Assembly: GCA_004431415.1 (NCBI GenBank)
Contig: QPMI01000049.1
Span: 186,001-250,000, forward strand
Source of the DNA: Cyanophora paradoxa CCMP329
Lineage: Eukaryota; Plantae; Glaucophyta
DNA length: 64,000 nt
Direction: 5' to 3'
Of this stretch, positions 49,612 to 61,373 are shown piece after piece. The position numbers and the translations under genes were made by a program. Under the pieces are notes generated by a model that was given only the letters and a program-made list of their open reading frames with translations, was not told the origin of the DNA and searched no databases. Every line of letters begins with the position of its first letter. Position 1 is the stretch's first letter.

Positions 49612-52169
49612 ATGGATAGCGACGCGATGTCGGTCGACGAGCCGGTGCGCTCGCCAGCCCGCTCGCCTGCCGCTCCCGCGCTTCGCCGGACGAGCCCGCG
49701 GCAGGCGGGCGACTCGACTGAGGTGCACGAGCGCTACATGAACTGGAGGGTGCGTGCGCAGCGCTCGAGGTGGCTCGCTGCGGCCCGACGCGGCGGCAGG
49801 AGAACATCCCGTTCCTGTACGACTGGGTCTGCAACTACACGTCCTACTGGCCCTCGATGTCCCTCGTGTGGGGCGAGCCGCTCGACACGAAGCCCTACAG
49901 CCACTCGCAGCGCGTCTTCCTCACGGAGCGGGTCGGCGCCCCGGCCCTCGCGAGCCCCCACGCCGCGCTGGACTCGAATCCCGCCCCGCGCCGCAGACGG
50001 GGGCCTGCCAGAACGAGTACCCGAACCTGCTGATCGTGGCGAGGGCGGAGATCGCGCGGGCGCGGGCGACGGAGGCGGGAAAGCTGAAGGGGCTCGCGGC
50101 GCGCAAGAGCTGCCCGGAGATCAAGCCGACCAAGAAGATCGTGCACCCCGGCGAGATCAACCGCGTCAGGCGCGCCCCGCTCCGCCCTCGCGCCGAGGCT
50201 CGCCGGCCCCTCACGCGGCCCCTGCCCTCCTCCCCGCTTCGCCCCCCCGCCCAACAGGAACTGTCCCCGCGCGAAGCACGTCGTAGCCACGCACACCGAC
50301 GCGAAGGACGTGAGCGCCCTTGTACCCCCTCTTCTGCCCCCGCCGACGACGCACCCCTTCCGCAGGTCTTCGTCTGGAACACGGACGCGCAGCCGAATCG
50401 GCAGGTGCCCCTCTCGCCCGGCTCGCCCCTTACCCCCTTTGCGGCTCAGCGTACCCCCTCCAGGCGCTCGGGCGGCACCTGGGCGAGGATCGCGTACCCA
50501 CGCGGGGATACCTCCCGCCCAGCGTGCCCGATATCCTGTAGGCCCCCTCCCCCATTCCCACTATCCTTCCCAGCACTCGCGCCGCCGTCTGCTGATCCCC
50601 GGGTACAGGCTAAAGGGCCACGAGGACCTGGCCGAGTACGCGCTCGACTGGAGCCCCGCGGGGTACAGCGTCGCCTCGGGCGGTGCGGGCGTACCCCCCT
50701 CCGACCCCTCCCCCCGTCCGAGGCGCCTCTCGGCGCAGGCAAGGACGCCCTCGTATGCCTCTGGGACCTCGAGGACCACCAGACCGCGCTCTCTTCGGTA
50801 CCCCTCCTCCCCACGGTCCCCTTACCCCTCTTTCTGATTTCCCCCCAGGGACCCGAGGGGAGGGACTCGTCGTCATTTGACGTCACGAAGAAGAGCACAG
50901 CGATCAACTGCAGGGAGGCGCGTACCCCTTCCCCCTTCCCTCTCCCCCGGAACGAAAGGAGCGTACCCCTCTCTGTAGCCTGAGCGGCGCCCCGCAGAAG
51001 CTGAGGGGCCACGAGGCGACGGTTGAGGACTGCAAGTTCAAGCCCCCCGGGCCCGACCCCGGCGACGGCACGCTGGCTCCCCCCCCCCCCCCCCCCCCTC
51101 CCCCTCGTTCCGCGCTCACGTACCCCCAGGGAGCCGCGCTTCCGGGTCGGACACGGAGCTCTGCTCCGTTGGGGACGACCGTAAGCTGATCTTTTGGGAC
51201 TTGCGCGCCTCCAGCCGCGCCGCGGTCTCGGTACCCCCCCCGGCTCCATCCGCCTCCTCCCCTGGAGCCCGCGCCGAGCTATTTTTAGGTCAAGGGGGCC
51301 CACGAGGAGGACATCCACACGGTCGACTGGTCCCCCCACCTCGAGCACTACGTCCTCACGGTACCCCACTGCCTGGCCTTCCCCCCCCCCCCACTCCCTG
51401 CTAATGGTTTCCAGGGAGGAGGGGACGGCATGGTTCACCTGTTCGACCGGCGATCCCTCACCACGTCCCAGGGCTCCGTGCGTGCCGCCGTACCACCCTC
51501 CTTTCCTGTACCCCCGCCGCTTACTCAGGACTCCGACCCAGGCCAAGCGCATGTACACGGTTCGGGGCCAGGGCCCCGTTATGCAGGTCGCCTGGATGCC
51601 CCAGGCGCGTACCCTCCCCCCCGCCCTCCCCCTCCCCCGGAGCTGATTGTGGCGGGGCGCGCAGGTTGCGGGCGTCTTCGCGTGCGGGGGGGAGGACGGC
51701 GTCCTGTACGTGTACGACACGCGGCCCGTGCGCGCCCCGCTCTCCTCTGCCCCTTCTCGTCCCCCCCCCCCCCACCCCCCCTCCTCACCCACCCTTCCCC
51801 AGTCCGAGGACGCGGCGCCCTCCGCCACGGCGCCCGTCGCCCCGCGCCTCTTCTTCGCGCACTGCGGCCACCGGTACCCCCCTACCCCTTCCCCCCCCTC
51901 TGCGCGCTGCTCCGCCCGAGCCTTTGCGCAGGGCGCAGATCGTCGACTTCGGGTGGAACCCGGCGCCGAGCGAGGCGTGGATGATGGCCTCCCTCTCCGA
52001 CGACTCGAGCCTGAAGGACGGCGGGGGCACGCTGCAGCTCTGGCGCCTGCTCGACCTCGTCACGCGCCCCGGCGAGGAAGCCGCCCGGGAGATGGCCGGC
52101 GTCTTCCGCCGCAGCGGCGAGCTCCTGGGCCTCGCCGGCGGCAGCGGCGGCCCCGGCTCCGCAGCGTGA
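49612..52169 (+). CDS. MSI4: WD40 histone-binding protein of the MSI/RBBP4 family, MSI4/FVE subtype (about 17 introns)
   Basis: Spliced: ERYMNWRENIPFLYDWVCNYTSYWPSMSLVWG...RVFLTER...KKIVHPGEINRVR...VVATHTDAKDVFVWNTDAQPNR...LKGHEDLAEYALDWS...GHEATVED...ELCSVGDDRKLIFWDLR...FFAHCGHRAQIVDFGWN...GGGTLQLWR. Confidence 0.9.
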
Positions 52170-52329
52170 TCGCGAGCGAAGCGGCGAGATTAAGTATGAT
52201 GTTGAAATCCTACCTACCACTCTGCAAGACTACGTAGTCTATATACGATACGCGGACTAGGCACATATAGCTTAGTTATGCAATGGGGTGACTAGGATGC
52301 GACCGACACGTCGGCCCGTCCCTCCCCCG

Positions 52330-54110
52330 CTACACCCGCTGGGGCCGCTGCGTCGGCGGCCCGGAGGGGGGTACGGGCACGAGGCCCCGGGGCGGGGGCG
52401 GCCGCGGCTGGCTGAGGGGGTTCGCGACGGCCCCCAGGGGGCTCGCGAGCGCGCCCAGCGGCGCCCGCTCCGGCCGCCCCTCCATCCGCTCGTCCGAGGA
52501 GGAGGCTTCCCGGGAGCGCCGCATCGAGTCGAAGCCGTCGTCGCGGTCGAAGCCCGGCCCCGGCCCCACCCGCGGCGAGAGGCGCCGCGGGCTCGAGCCC
52601 TCGAACTCCGCGTGCTGCTGCTGCTGCTGCTGCTGCGCCCGCGGGGCGCCGATGGGCGGGAGCTTCAGCCCCCCCGCCCCGCTCCGGTTGGACGAGAGCG
52701 GCGGGGAGAGCGGCGGCGGGCTCCGCGCCGAGTCGATCCCGCTCGCCGCCTTGGACTCCAGCCGCTCCCGCTCCGCCATCGGCAGCGGCTTGAGCGGCGG
52801 CACCTGGCGCGCCGCCAGCGGGGGCGGCATCATCTCCCCGGGGCCCAGCCGCCCCTTCGCCGCCTGCTCCGACCAGTGCGGCGCCCGCGGCGGGCCCGAG
52901 AGCCCCGGCGGGGGCGCTAATCCCAAAGGGGCAGAAGCGCCCTCCAGGCTCCGCGGCGGCTTCGCGCGCTCGGGCGCCGGCGCCGGCTCCGCGCTCCGCT
53001 CGGTCATGGCGCCGCGCGCCGTCGGGAGCGTGTCGCCCCGAGCGGCCGCCTTCGCCCGCCGCTTGAGGGGCGAGTCGGAGGGGAAGTCCCCCGGGCCGAG
53101 GTCCAGTCCCGCCTCGTCGCCCGCGATCTCCCGCTTGCTCCCGCGGCCCGCAGCGCCCTCCTGCGCGCGCCCCGCAAAAGGAATCAGCGCGGCGCAGGGC
53201 CGGGAGGGCGCGGGCCAGCGCGGCGCGGCGCGCCTTCTCGTACTGGAGGACCAGGTGGACTGCGCCCGACTCCTCCGCGTCGCCCTTGTAGATGAAGAAC
53301 CATTTATCGGACGAGGAGCGCCCCTCCTCGAGCCTAGCGCGGCGTGAGCCGACGCGCGGCGCGGCGCGGCGCGGCGCGGCGCAGGGAGAGGCGGGCGGGG
53401 CCGCACATCTTGTCCTGCACGCGGAAGAGAAGTGGACGGGAGCGCGTCAGCGGGGCTGCCTCAGAAAAGAAACAAAGAGGAATTCTCACGTAGTCTATTG
53501 CGATGCTGGAGCGAGAGGCGCAAGGTCAGCGAGCGCGTCGGGAATGAGGGCTCGCTAGCTGGCGCTCACCGGCCAGCGAGGGCGGAGACGTGCAGCGGCC
53601 CGCGGAAGACGACATCAAGCTGGAATGAAAGCAACGCCCCCGGCTCCACGGGACTGCGGGCGGCGCGGTCGGCGGCGTCCGTGCTAGGGAGCGCGATGCG
53701 GGCGCAGCGCACAGCGAGAACCGCTCATTCCAGACGCTGCGGGGACGGTGCACATTAGATATGAAACAAAAATGAACAGAAGAGAGCTCAGAAAAGAACG
53801 CACAGCTCGCCGGCCACTTCCTTGGCGGGCCCGGTCTGCCCAATCCCAAAACGGAGTAAGGGTCAGCATCGAGATGCGGGCCTTGTCACCGGCGTGGCGG
53901 ATACTCACCTCGAGAACCTTGCCATCGGGAGTGCGCAGCTCACAGACGCACGACCCCGTGAGAGCTTGGCCACCGGCAATTAGTGAAGAAACTGCCGCAT
54001 GGTTGGCGAGGCGGCGCCTTACCGGCAAAGAACGGCTTCTTGATCTGCCTCGCTTGACCTACAGAGACGTGCAGCAAGCCCTTGTGTTTGTGGTCCGGGG
54101 CCGCAGGCAT
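52330..54110 (-). CDS. N-terminal C2-domain protein with a long Pro/Ser-rich disordered tail
   Basis: Spliced exons MPAAPDHKHKGLLHVSVGQARQIKKPFF...VCELRT...VWNERFS.PVEPGALLSFQLDVV...DKWFFIYKGDAEESGAVHLVLQYEK follow the C2 beta-sandwich pattern. TAG at 52330-52332. Confidence 0.65.
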
Positions 54111-54435
54111 GTCGGTAGTCCGGCTGCCCAGAGGGCCAGCGAACGAGACAGCTGCTAGAGATCTCCTTTTTGAACGGCCGATCCACTAGCTACGGCCGAC
54201 TAGCATGCATAGCTCCGGCTGCAAGTTCTCCAGAACAAACGCGGGCGCCTCTGTCTCGTCGCCGCTAGCACTTCTTCAAGCCTGCAAGCTCAGAGGAGAG
54301 ATTTAGCAGGGCGTTACAAGCGCTGCGCTGCCGGCCTGCCGCGCGCCGATCAATGATCTAGAGCTGTACCCCCACGGGCAACGCAACTTTTTACGCAAGC
54401 CCGGATCCGCGGTGAGCGCACGCCAGCCCGCACCG

Positions 54436-56418
54436 ATGTCGTCGTCGAGCGCGGCCGGTGCCGCCGCCGGCCTCCTCACGAGCGTCCTGTTTCAGCGTGC
54501 GTACGCCGCTCGCCCGCTGCGCGGGTCGGTGCCCCGGAAAGGCAGCTGAGTTGAGCGATAAGCGAGGTATGGCTATGCAGCGCGGTACCAAACACCCCCC
54601 GCCTTGCCGCGGATCGCCCAGTGAGGCCGTGCGGCTTCGCCGCCCCGCGCGGAGCGCGCCGAGGAGATCGCTCGCGGACGCGGCGCATCGGCCTTCTGGT
54701 CGCGCAGTAGCGTCGAGCTGTCGGCTGCAGCGAGCGGGCTGGCGCGGCGAGCCAGATCTGCAGGCGCTGGGCGGGGTCGCTGGCGGGCCCGGGCCGAGCA
54801 GCGAGGGAGCGGAAGCTTAAAAGAAGGAGAAAGATCCCCTCCCAAAGTCGGAGCTGACGCCGCCGCCCCGCCCCGCCCGCAGCCTTCGACGTGGTCAAGA
54901 CGCGAATACAGGAGGGCTCGCTGCCGCCGACGACCGTGCGGCGCGCGGTGATGCACCTGGCGCGGGAGCAGCCGAGCGTGCTGTGGTCGGGCAGCGCGGC
55001 GACGGTCGCGCGCATCGTGCCCGGCTGCGCGATCTACTTTGGCCTGCTCACCTCCGCCAAGGCCTCTATCCTCGCGAGGCGGGCCGAGGACGGCGACGCC
55101 GGCGCCGGCGCCGGCGCCGGCCCCGGCGCGCAGACGCTCACCGCGGCCGAGGCCCGCACTCCCGCGCCCGTTCAGACACCGCCGCCGCTTGTCTTGATCG
55201 CCCCGCAGTCGCTGGCGGTCGGCGCGATCTGCAGGGGCGTGGCCGACGTCGCCGTCTCGCCCCTCACGGTTATCAAGGCGCGGCTGGAGAGCGCGAGGGG
55301 TCCGCATTGATTACCGTGCCCCGCCTCGCCCCCTCCCCGCCTCGCCCTCCCCGCCTCTCACGCGTTCTTCGCCCACGCGCGCTCGCGCTCGCGCTCGCGC
55401 AGGCCGGGAACAGTACTCAGGGGTGCTCCATGCCTTCCGCTGCATGCGACAGGCCGAGAGCCCGCGCGGTGCGCATGCGGCTTCGCACTCTTACGCCCCC
55501 CTCATTCCGGGAAATTCGGAAATTCCAGCGCTCTACGCGGGACTCGGGGCCACGCTCCTGCGGGACGCCCCCTGTGAGCCCCCTTTGAATTTGAAGCTTT
55601 CCCCGTGCTTCGAATTCATGTATCCCCCTGCAGACGCTGGCGTGTACTGTGCGCCTTTGAGTCTTTTAGAAATGCACGTTCGCGCGCGCCGCGCGCGCCG
55701 ACACCGCGAGCCCCGCCCCAGACTACCTGTACGAGCTCTTCAAGGCGTCCCTTGCCGGTGCACCGTACCCCGGGCCAGTCTTTCCCCCCCACCCCGATCC
55801 GAGCCCACGGCAGACGTGGACCTGGCTGGGGCGTCCGCGGCATCGGACTCGGCGCGGAACTTTTCCGCCGGTGGGATTCGGACCCGCGTTCGCCACGCCG
55901 CGTCCGCTCGCGCTCGCCCACGCACCGCGCAGCCTGCGGGGCGGGGGCGCTCTCCACTCTAATAACGCACCCCCCCGACGTCGTCAAGACCCGTCTCCAG
56001 CTCCAGAGGTGGGGCGGGGCGCCCGCGCATGGGCTCGCTCGCCCTTGACAACCTCGCGCCCGTTCAGATACGGCGAGATCGAGGCACCGGGCCGGCCCGC
56101 CGGGGCCGTCGCGAGGTCCGCCCCACCCGGGTACACCGGTTTCGCGCAGTGCGCGTACGTGATGCTCAGGGTACTCCCTCCCTTCTCTTCCGCCCGCCCA
56201 CCCTCTTCCCGTCTCGATCCAAGAGGGGTACGCGGCCGCAGGACGAGGGCGCGGCGAGCCTCCTCCGCGGCTTCCTCCCCCGCCTCGTGAAGCGTACCCT
56301 CTCCTCCGCGGTCACGTGGTGCGTCTTTATCCCCCTCCCCTCCCCGTCGCCCGCACCGGGATTCGAACCGGGGCGCGCCCGCAGGACCCTCTACGAGCAC
56401 ATCCTGAAGTCGATGTGA
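54436..56418 (+). CDS. Mitochondrial carrier family protein, SLC25A38/Hem25-like
   Basis: Three carrier repeats QPFDVVKTRIQ, SPLTVIKARLES and HPPDVVKTRLQ. RIVPGCAIYF, ATLLRDAPYAGVY and PRLVKRTLSSAVTWTLYE are typical of the SLC25A38/Hem25 clade. Confidence 0.85.
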
Positions 56419-56634
56419 CCTCGCCTTTGGGGTCCCGGGGCCCCTCCCGTCCGGACGCCAGGCGCCGCCCCCAGCGACGGGCGGCGTCTCGCCCCGGCCC
56501 GGCCCGGCCCGGCCCGGCCCGGCATCGCCCTGCGCCGGCCCGCCCGCCCACCCTTTCCCTGCTGTACCATAGTTGCACACAAACAAAGCGAACTTGGAAG
56601 AACGCGGCTCGGGCCCTAGATCTAGATCTAGCGC

Positions 56635-58246
56635 CTAGAGCTCGCCGCGGTCCTGCATGGAGGGGTGCGCCAGGCGCCTGTTGACGCTCTCCGCCACCGA
56701 GGGCGGCATGCGCGTGTACGGCCTGTGCGACACGATGTCGTAGTCCCTCCCGTTCGACTCCCGGTTCCTTATGTTCTGCGGGGGGAGGGGGGGTACGCAG
56801 TGAGCGGAGGCCGGGGGGGGGGGGGGGTGCTGGGGGGACGGGGGCGCGCCTGCATCCGCGGGAGGTTCGCGTGGTACGTATCGTCCGCCTGCGAGGGGGG
56901 TACATGCTCAGAAGGGCGCGTACCCCGGGGCGGGGGGTACGGGATAGCTCGCCTCGGGGGATTCCTCCCACGGGGTATGCAGGTTGCCCTCCCGCCCCTT
57001 GCTGTTGAAGACCTTGGCGGGCGGGCCGTACGCTGCGCCGGCCGATGTTAGGTTAGAGAGGAGGGGGGCGGTGGGAAGAGGGGGAGGGGGGTACTCGCCC
57101 CGCGGGTCCTGGCTCTCGAGGTGCGAGATGAGGTTGTACGGCAGCTGCGAGTCCCGGTGCTTCACGATGTCTGGAGCAGGCGCGACGCGTGAGCGGGCGG
57201 GGCGAGCGGGGGAGGGGGAGGGGGAGTGGGTACGCACAGTCTCGCCTGTGCGCGATGGACGCCGTTCGCCTCTGGTTGAGCGCCTCGAGCCGCTCTGCGG
57301 ATCGCATGCTCGGATCCGGTGCCCGTACCCGGGGACTTTCGGCGTACCCCTGTCCTCTATGTAGACGGCGGTGCCCTGCGTCACGGGACCCTCCACCATC
57401 ATGACGCCCCGGGGGTACGCGTTCTTCGAGATCTCGACGAGCTTCTTGGCCGCGTTCAGCTCCCTGCCGGCCCGATCAGGCGGGAAAGGGGGGTACAGGG
57501 CGTCTCGTGCGCACTTCTTGAGGCTCTCGCGGGCCCGCCGGTTCTTGACCTCGAATTCCAGCAGCTCCCGGCGGCGCGCGGGGGAGGCGAGGGCCGGGGG
57601 CGCGTCAAGGTCGGGGGGTACGTCGACGGGCTGCCGCCGGGGTACGCCCACGACCGTCCCCCCGTGGTTCAGCGTCTCCTTCTCCTGCACGAGGCCCAGA
57701 GCCGAGCCGGTCTGGCGCTGCGGGGCGCGCGGGGCGCGCGTCGGCCGGGGCGCCGCTGCGGGGAAGGAAACGGGGGCGGCGCACCGGGTGGAAGTGCTCC
57801 CTCCCCGCTGCGAGGCTCTGCAGGCAGGGGGCGGCCGGGCGCTCGGCGGGGCGGGCGGGGTCGGGCGTCGCAGCTGCGCGGGGCGCCGCACCTCGGCGCG
57901 GCTCAGGATGGTGGTCGGCGCGACCTTGCAGCTGAGGTCCCGGTTCCCGTAGGTCACCGGGTTCTCTGGCCGCAGGCTAACAGCGTTCGGGTCATCCGGA
58001 CGGAAGCGAGGCCGCTCGACCTCGCCCGCCGTCAGCCGGAACTCGCGCCGCTGCTCCGGAGACTGCGGCGCAGCGTCACACGGCGAAGCGCCCGACGCTC
58101 TCCGCAGGGCAGGCCCGCACCGAGAGCAGCCCGGGCGTCCTATGCAAGAACTTCTCTAGCCGAACGGGGTCTGGGGTCTCCTTCGGAGGAGGCCGCGGCG
58201 GTGGAGGTGGCGGCACGATGCTCTGCTTTCCCGTGCTGCTCGCCAT
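56635..58246 (-). CDS. Hypothetical basic/proline-rich protein, possibly ciliary
   Basis: Multi-exon frame from MASSTGKQSIVPPPP to ...LAHPSMQDRGEL*. Repeated motif PYNLISH / DYDIVSH. GT-AG introns with C-rich bodies. Confidence 0.5.
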
Positions 58247-58466
58247 CGGAGCGCTCCTGGATAGAACTCTGCAGGGCCTCGCAGTGGGGCGCGGCTCCTG
58301 GCCCGGGAACTCTGAAACGCGCTCCTGAGAACTCTAAAACTTGGATATGAGCAGTTGGAGCTGGGTAGCTAGCTTTTCAGACGCAGGCAGGCGCTCCCGA
58401 GGGCTGTGGGATGAGGCCGGTTTCGTCTTTGAGGGGTACAGTTCGTTCAGGGCAAAGTATCCGAGA

Positions 58467-60669
58467 ATGCAGCGCGCAGCTTTCGCAAACAGCGCTGTTG
58501 TGGCGGGGGGGCGTCTGCAGCTCTCTGCGATCACTAGCCGGTGCTGCGCTGCGGCTCGCGCGGAGTTGACAACAGTCCAGCCCGCCCGCCGGGTGCAGCT
58601 GCGTAGCTTCCACGTAGGCGCTAGCAAGCCCGTACGCGTGCAGCTGCGGGGATCGTTCTACAGCGACGCGCTCGGCAGCCGGCGGCCCTTCTTCTGCGGC
58701 GCAGCGATCCTCGCGGATGCGGCGCCCAGCAAGGAGGTGAGCGCGGCCTTGTAGCGCGAATCGAAGCTAATAGAGCACATTCCCGTCCGCCTCGCGTCCG
58801 CGTTCGATCGCGCCCGCCGCGCAGACCGGCGGCCCCAAGGTGCAGCGGGCGCGGAGCATGCTGACCGCTGGCATTGTCGGCCTGCCGAACGTCGGCAAGT
58901 CGACCATGTTCAAGTGCGGCCGGCGGTTCCCCCCTCTACGCCGCCCCGCCGCCTGACGCCATCCCAGTGCCCTGTGCGAGAACGCGAAGGCGGAGGCCGC
59001 CAACTTCCCGTGCGCCCCAGCCCCGCGCCGCCGCGCCTCTCGCGCCCCTCCCGAGCCGCGCCCGCCAGGTTCTGCACGATCGAGCCGAACGTCGGCATGG
59101 TCTCCGTCCCGGACCCCCGCCTCGACGTGCGCCCCGCGCCCCGCCCCGCCCCGCCCCGCAACCCCGCCCCGCGCGACCGCTCCGGGGTATAGGTGCTGGC
59201 GAAGATCAACAACTCGGTCAAGGTCGTCCCGACCCGGATCGAGTTCGTCGACATCGCCGGCCTCGTCAAGGGCGCCTCCAAGGGTACGTATACACGGCCC
59301 TCGCCCCTCAGACCCCGCCGTACCCCCGCGAGCCGCCCGCCCGTAGGCGAGGGCCTCGGCAACAAGTTCCTCTCCCACATCCGCCAGGCGAGCCCGGGCT
59401 CCAGCTCGGGCGGCCCGCCCGACCCCATGTGCTGCCCCCCCGGCGGCCGCTGAGCGCGGTTACCCCCGCGCAGGTGGACGCGGTGGTGGAGATGGTCCGC
59501 TGCTTCGACGACGACGACATCATCCACGTGCACAACAAGATCGACCCCGTCGACGACATCGAGGTACCCCCCTTGCCGGGCGCCGTACCCCTCTCCGGGC
59601 CGACGCGGGGCGGGGCAGACGATCGAGCTGGAGCTTGTGCTGGCGGACCTCGGGCAGGTCGAGAAGCGGCTCCAGAAGCTGCGCCCAGGCGGCCGCGTCA
59701 TCAAGATCACCCCCCAGGAGGACGTGCGCCGCGCCGCCCGCGCCCCCGCCGCCCCGCGCGGCCGCCGACGCGGGGGCCCATGTGCAGGCGGAGGCGAAGG
59801 CGCTGGATCGGATCAAGGTCGAGGCGCTGGACGTGGGCAAGGCGGCGCGCACCGTCGAGCTCTCCGAGGAGGAGGCCCTCGCCGTCAAGGCCCGCCCCGC
59901 CCCGCCCCGCCCCGGGCCGGCGTCGACGGGCGTGCGCAGGGCCTGGGGCTGCTGACGCTGAAGCCGTGCATCTACGCGGCGAACGTGTCGGAGGGGGAGC
60001 TGGCGTCGGGCAACGAGTACAGCAAGCAGGTGCAGGAGTTCGCGAAGAAGACCGGCGCCCAGTGCGTCGTCGTCTCCGCCCAGGTCGAGAGGTCCGCCCC
60101 GCATCCCGCGCCCCGCCCCGCCCCGGGCCCGCGCCCGGGCCGAGCGGCGGGCGCAGCGAGCTGGTGTCGCTGGACGAGAGCGAGCGGGGGGAGTACCTGG
60201 AGTCGCTGGGGGTCAAGGAGGGCGGCCTGCCCTCCCTCATCCGCGCCACCTACCAGGCCCTCGGCCTCCGCACCTACTTCACCGCCGGCCCCACCGCGCG
60301 CCCCGCCGCCCCGCCCCGCCCCCGCCCCGCCCCCGGCCCGCGGCTGAGCCTGGCGCAGGAGACGCGGGCGTGGACGATCACGACGGGGATGAAGGCGCCG
60401 CAGGCGGCCGGCGTGATCCACTCGGACTTCGAGCGCGGCTTCATCCGCGCCGAGACCATCGCCTACGACGACCTGGTGGGACCCTGCTGCCTGCCCGGCC
60501 TCGAGCCCCTGGGGCTCCTCTGAGGCGGGCGGCCCGGGCCGGGGCCGGGCCGGGGCAGGTGGCGTGCGGGTCGGAGAAGGAGGCGAAGGAGCGGGGTCTG
60601 ATGCGCTCCGAGGGCAAGGAGTACGTCGTCAACGAGGGCGACGTCATGCTCTTCCGCTTCAACGTCTAA
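58467..60669 (+). CDS. ychF: YchF/OLA1 Obg-family ATPase, bacterial/plastid type, with N-terminal transit peptide (12 introns)
   Basis: [118 protein letters not shown]. Confidence 0.95.
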
Positions 60670-61373
60670 GGCCGCGGCCCAGGCCCAGGCCGGGGGCCGG
60701 GCCTCTGCTGAGCATGAAATCCGAACTCTTGAGCCGAGTGGGGGCAGCTCGGGGGGCTCGGTGCCGGCGGGGGGAGCCCGGGCCGCTCAGGGGGAGCTGC
60801 ACATGCGCAGCCGCTGCAGCTGATCATGAGCCTTGACCATGTATACGAGCTTCGAAGCCTCCATGGCCAGCTGCAGCTTGATTTCGAATATGCATTGAAT
60901 TCGAAGCCCGGCGGCCGCGATCGCGATTCGCGAGGCGACGCGTACGCGCGCGAGCTCTAGCTTGCCACGCCTTGTACGTGTACCCCCGCGAACGTACCCC
61001 ACTTCAATTGGTCGCCCAGCGGCCGGCCGAGGGCCTGACTACCGTAATAGCGAGGCGGCGAGGCTCCGAGCGGCGAGCAGCCGCCGTGCGCAGTTTTGCA
61101 ACGCTGCGCGCAACGCCGCGCATGACTTCTACTCGCCGCCGCTATAGCTAGAAGCTTATCCGAGCAGACGTCCGCGATGACCATGATCATGCGCACGGAT
61201 CCCGCCAGCGGGATGAGTTCTTCTGTAGCTGCCTTCTTCGTTTAAGCTTGCGCATATACGTACGCGTTCGGAAGCAACACCGGTGCACATCGATAAGCAT
61301 CTGCAGCTAAGCTCGAGCGTGGCAGCATCGCGTGGCAGCATCGCCCCGCACAGCAGTCGCTTTTCTCCAGCGG

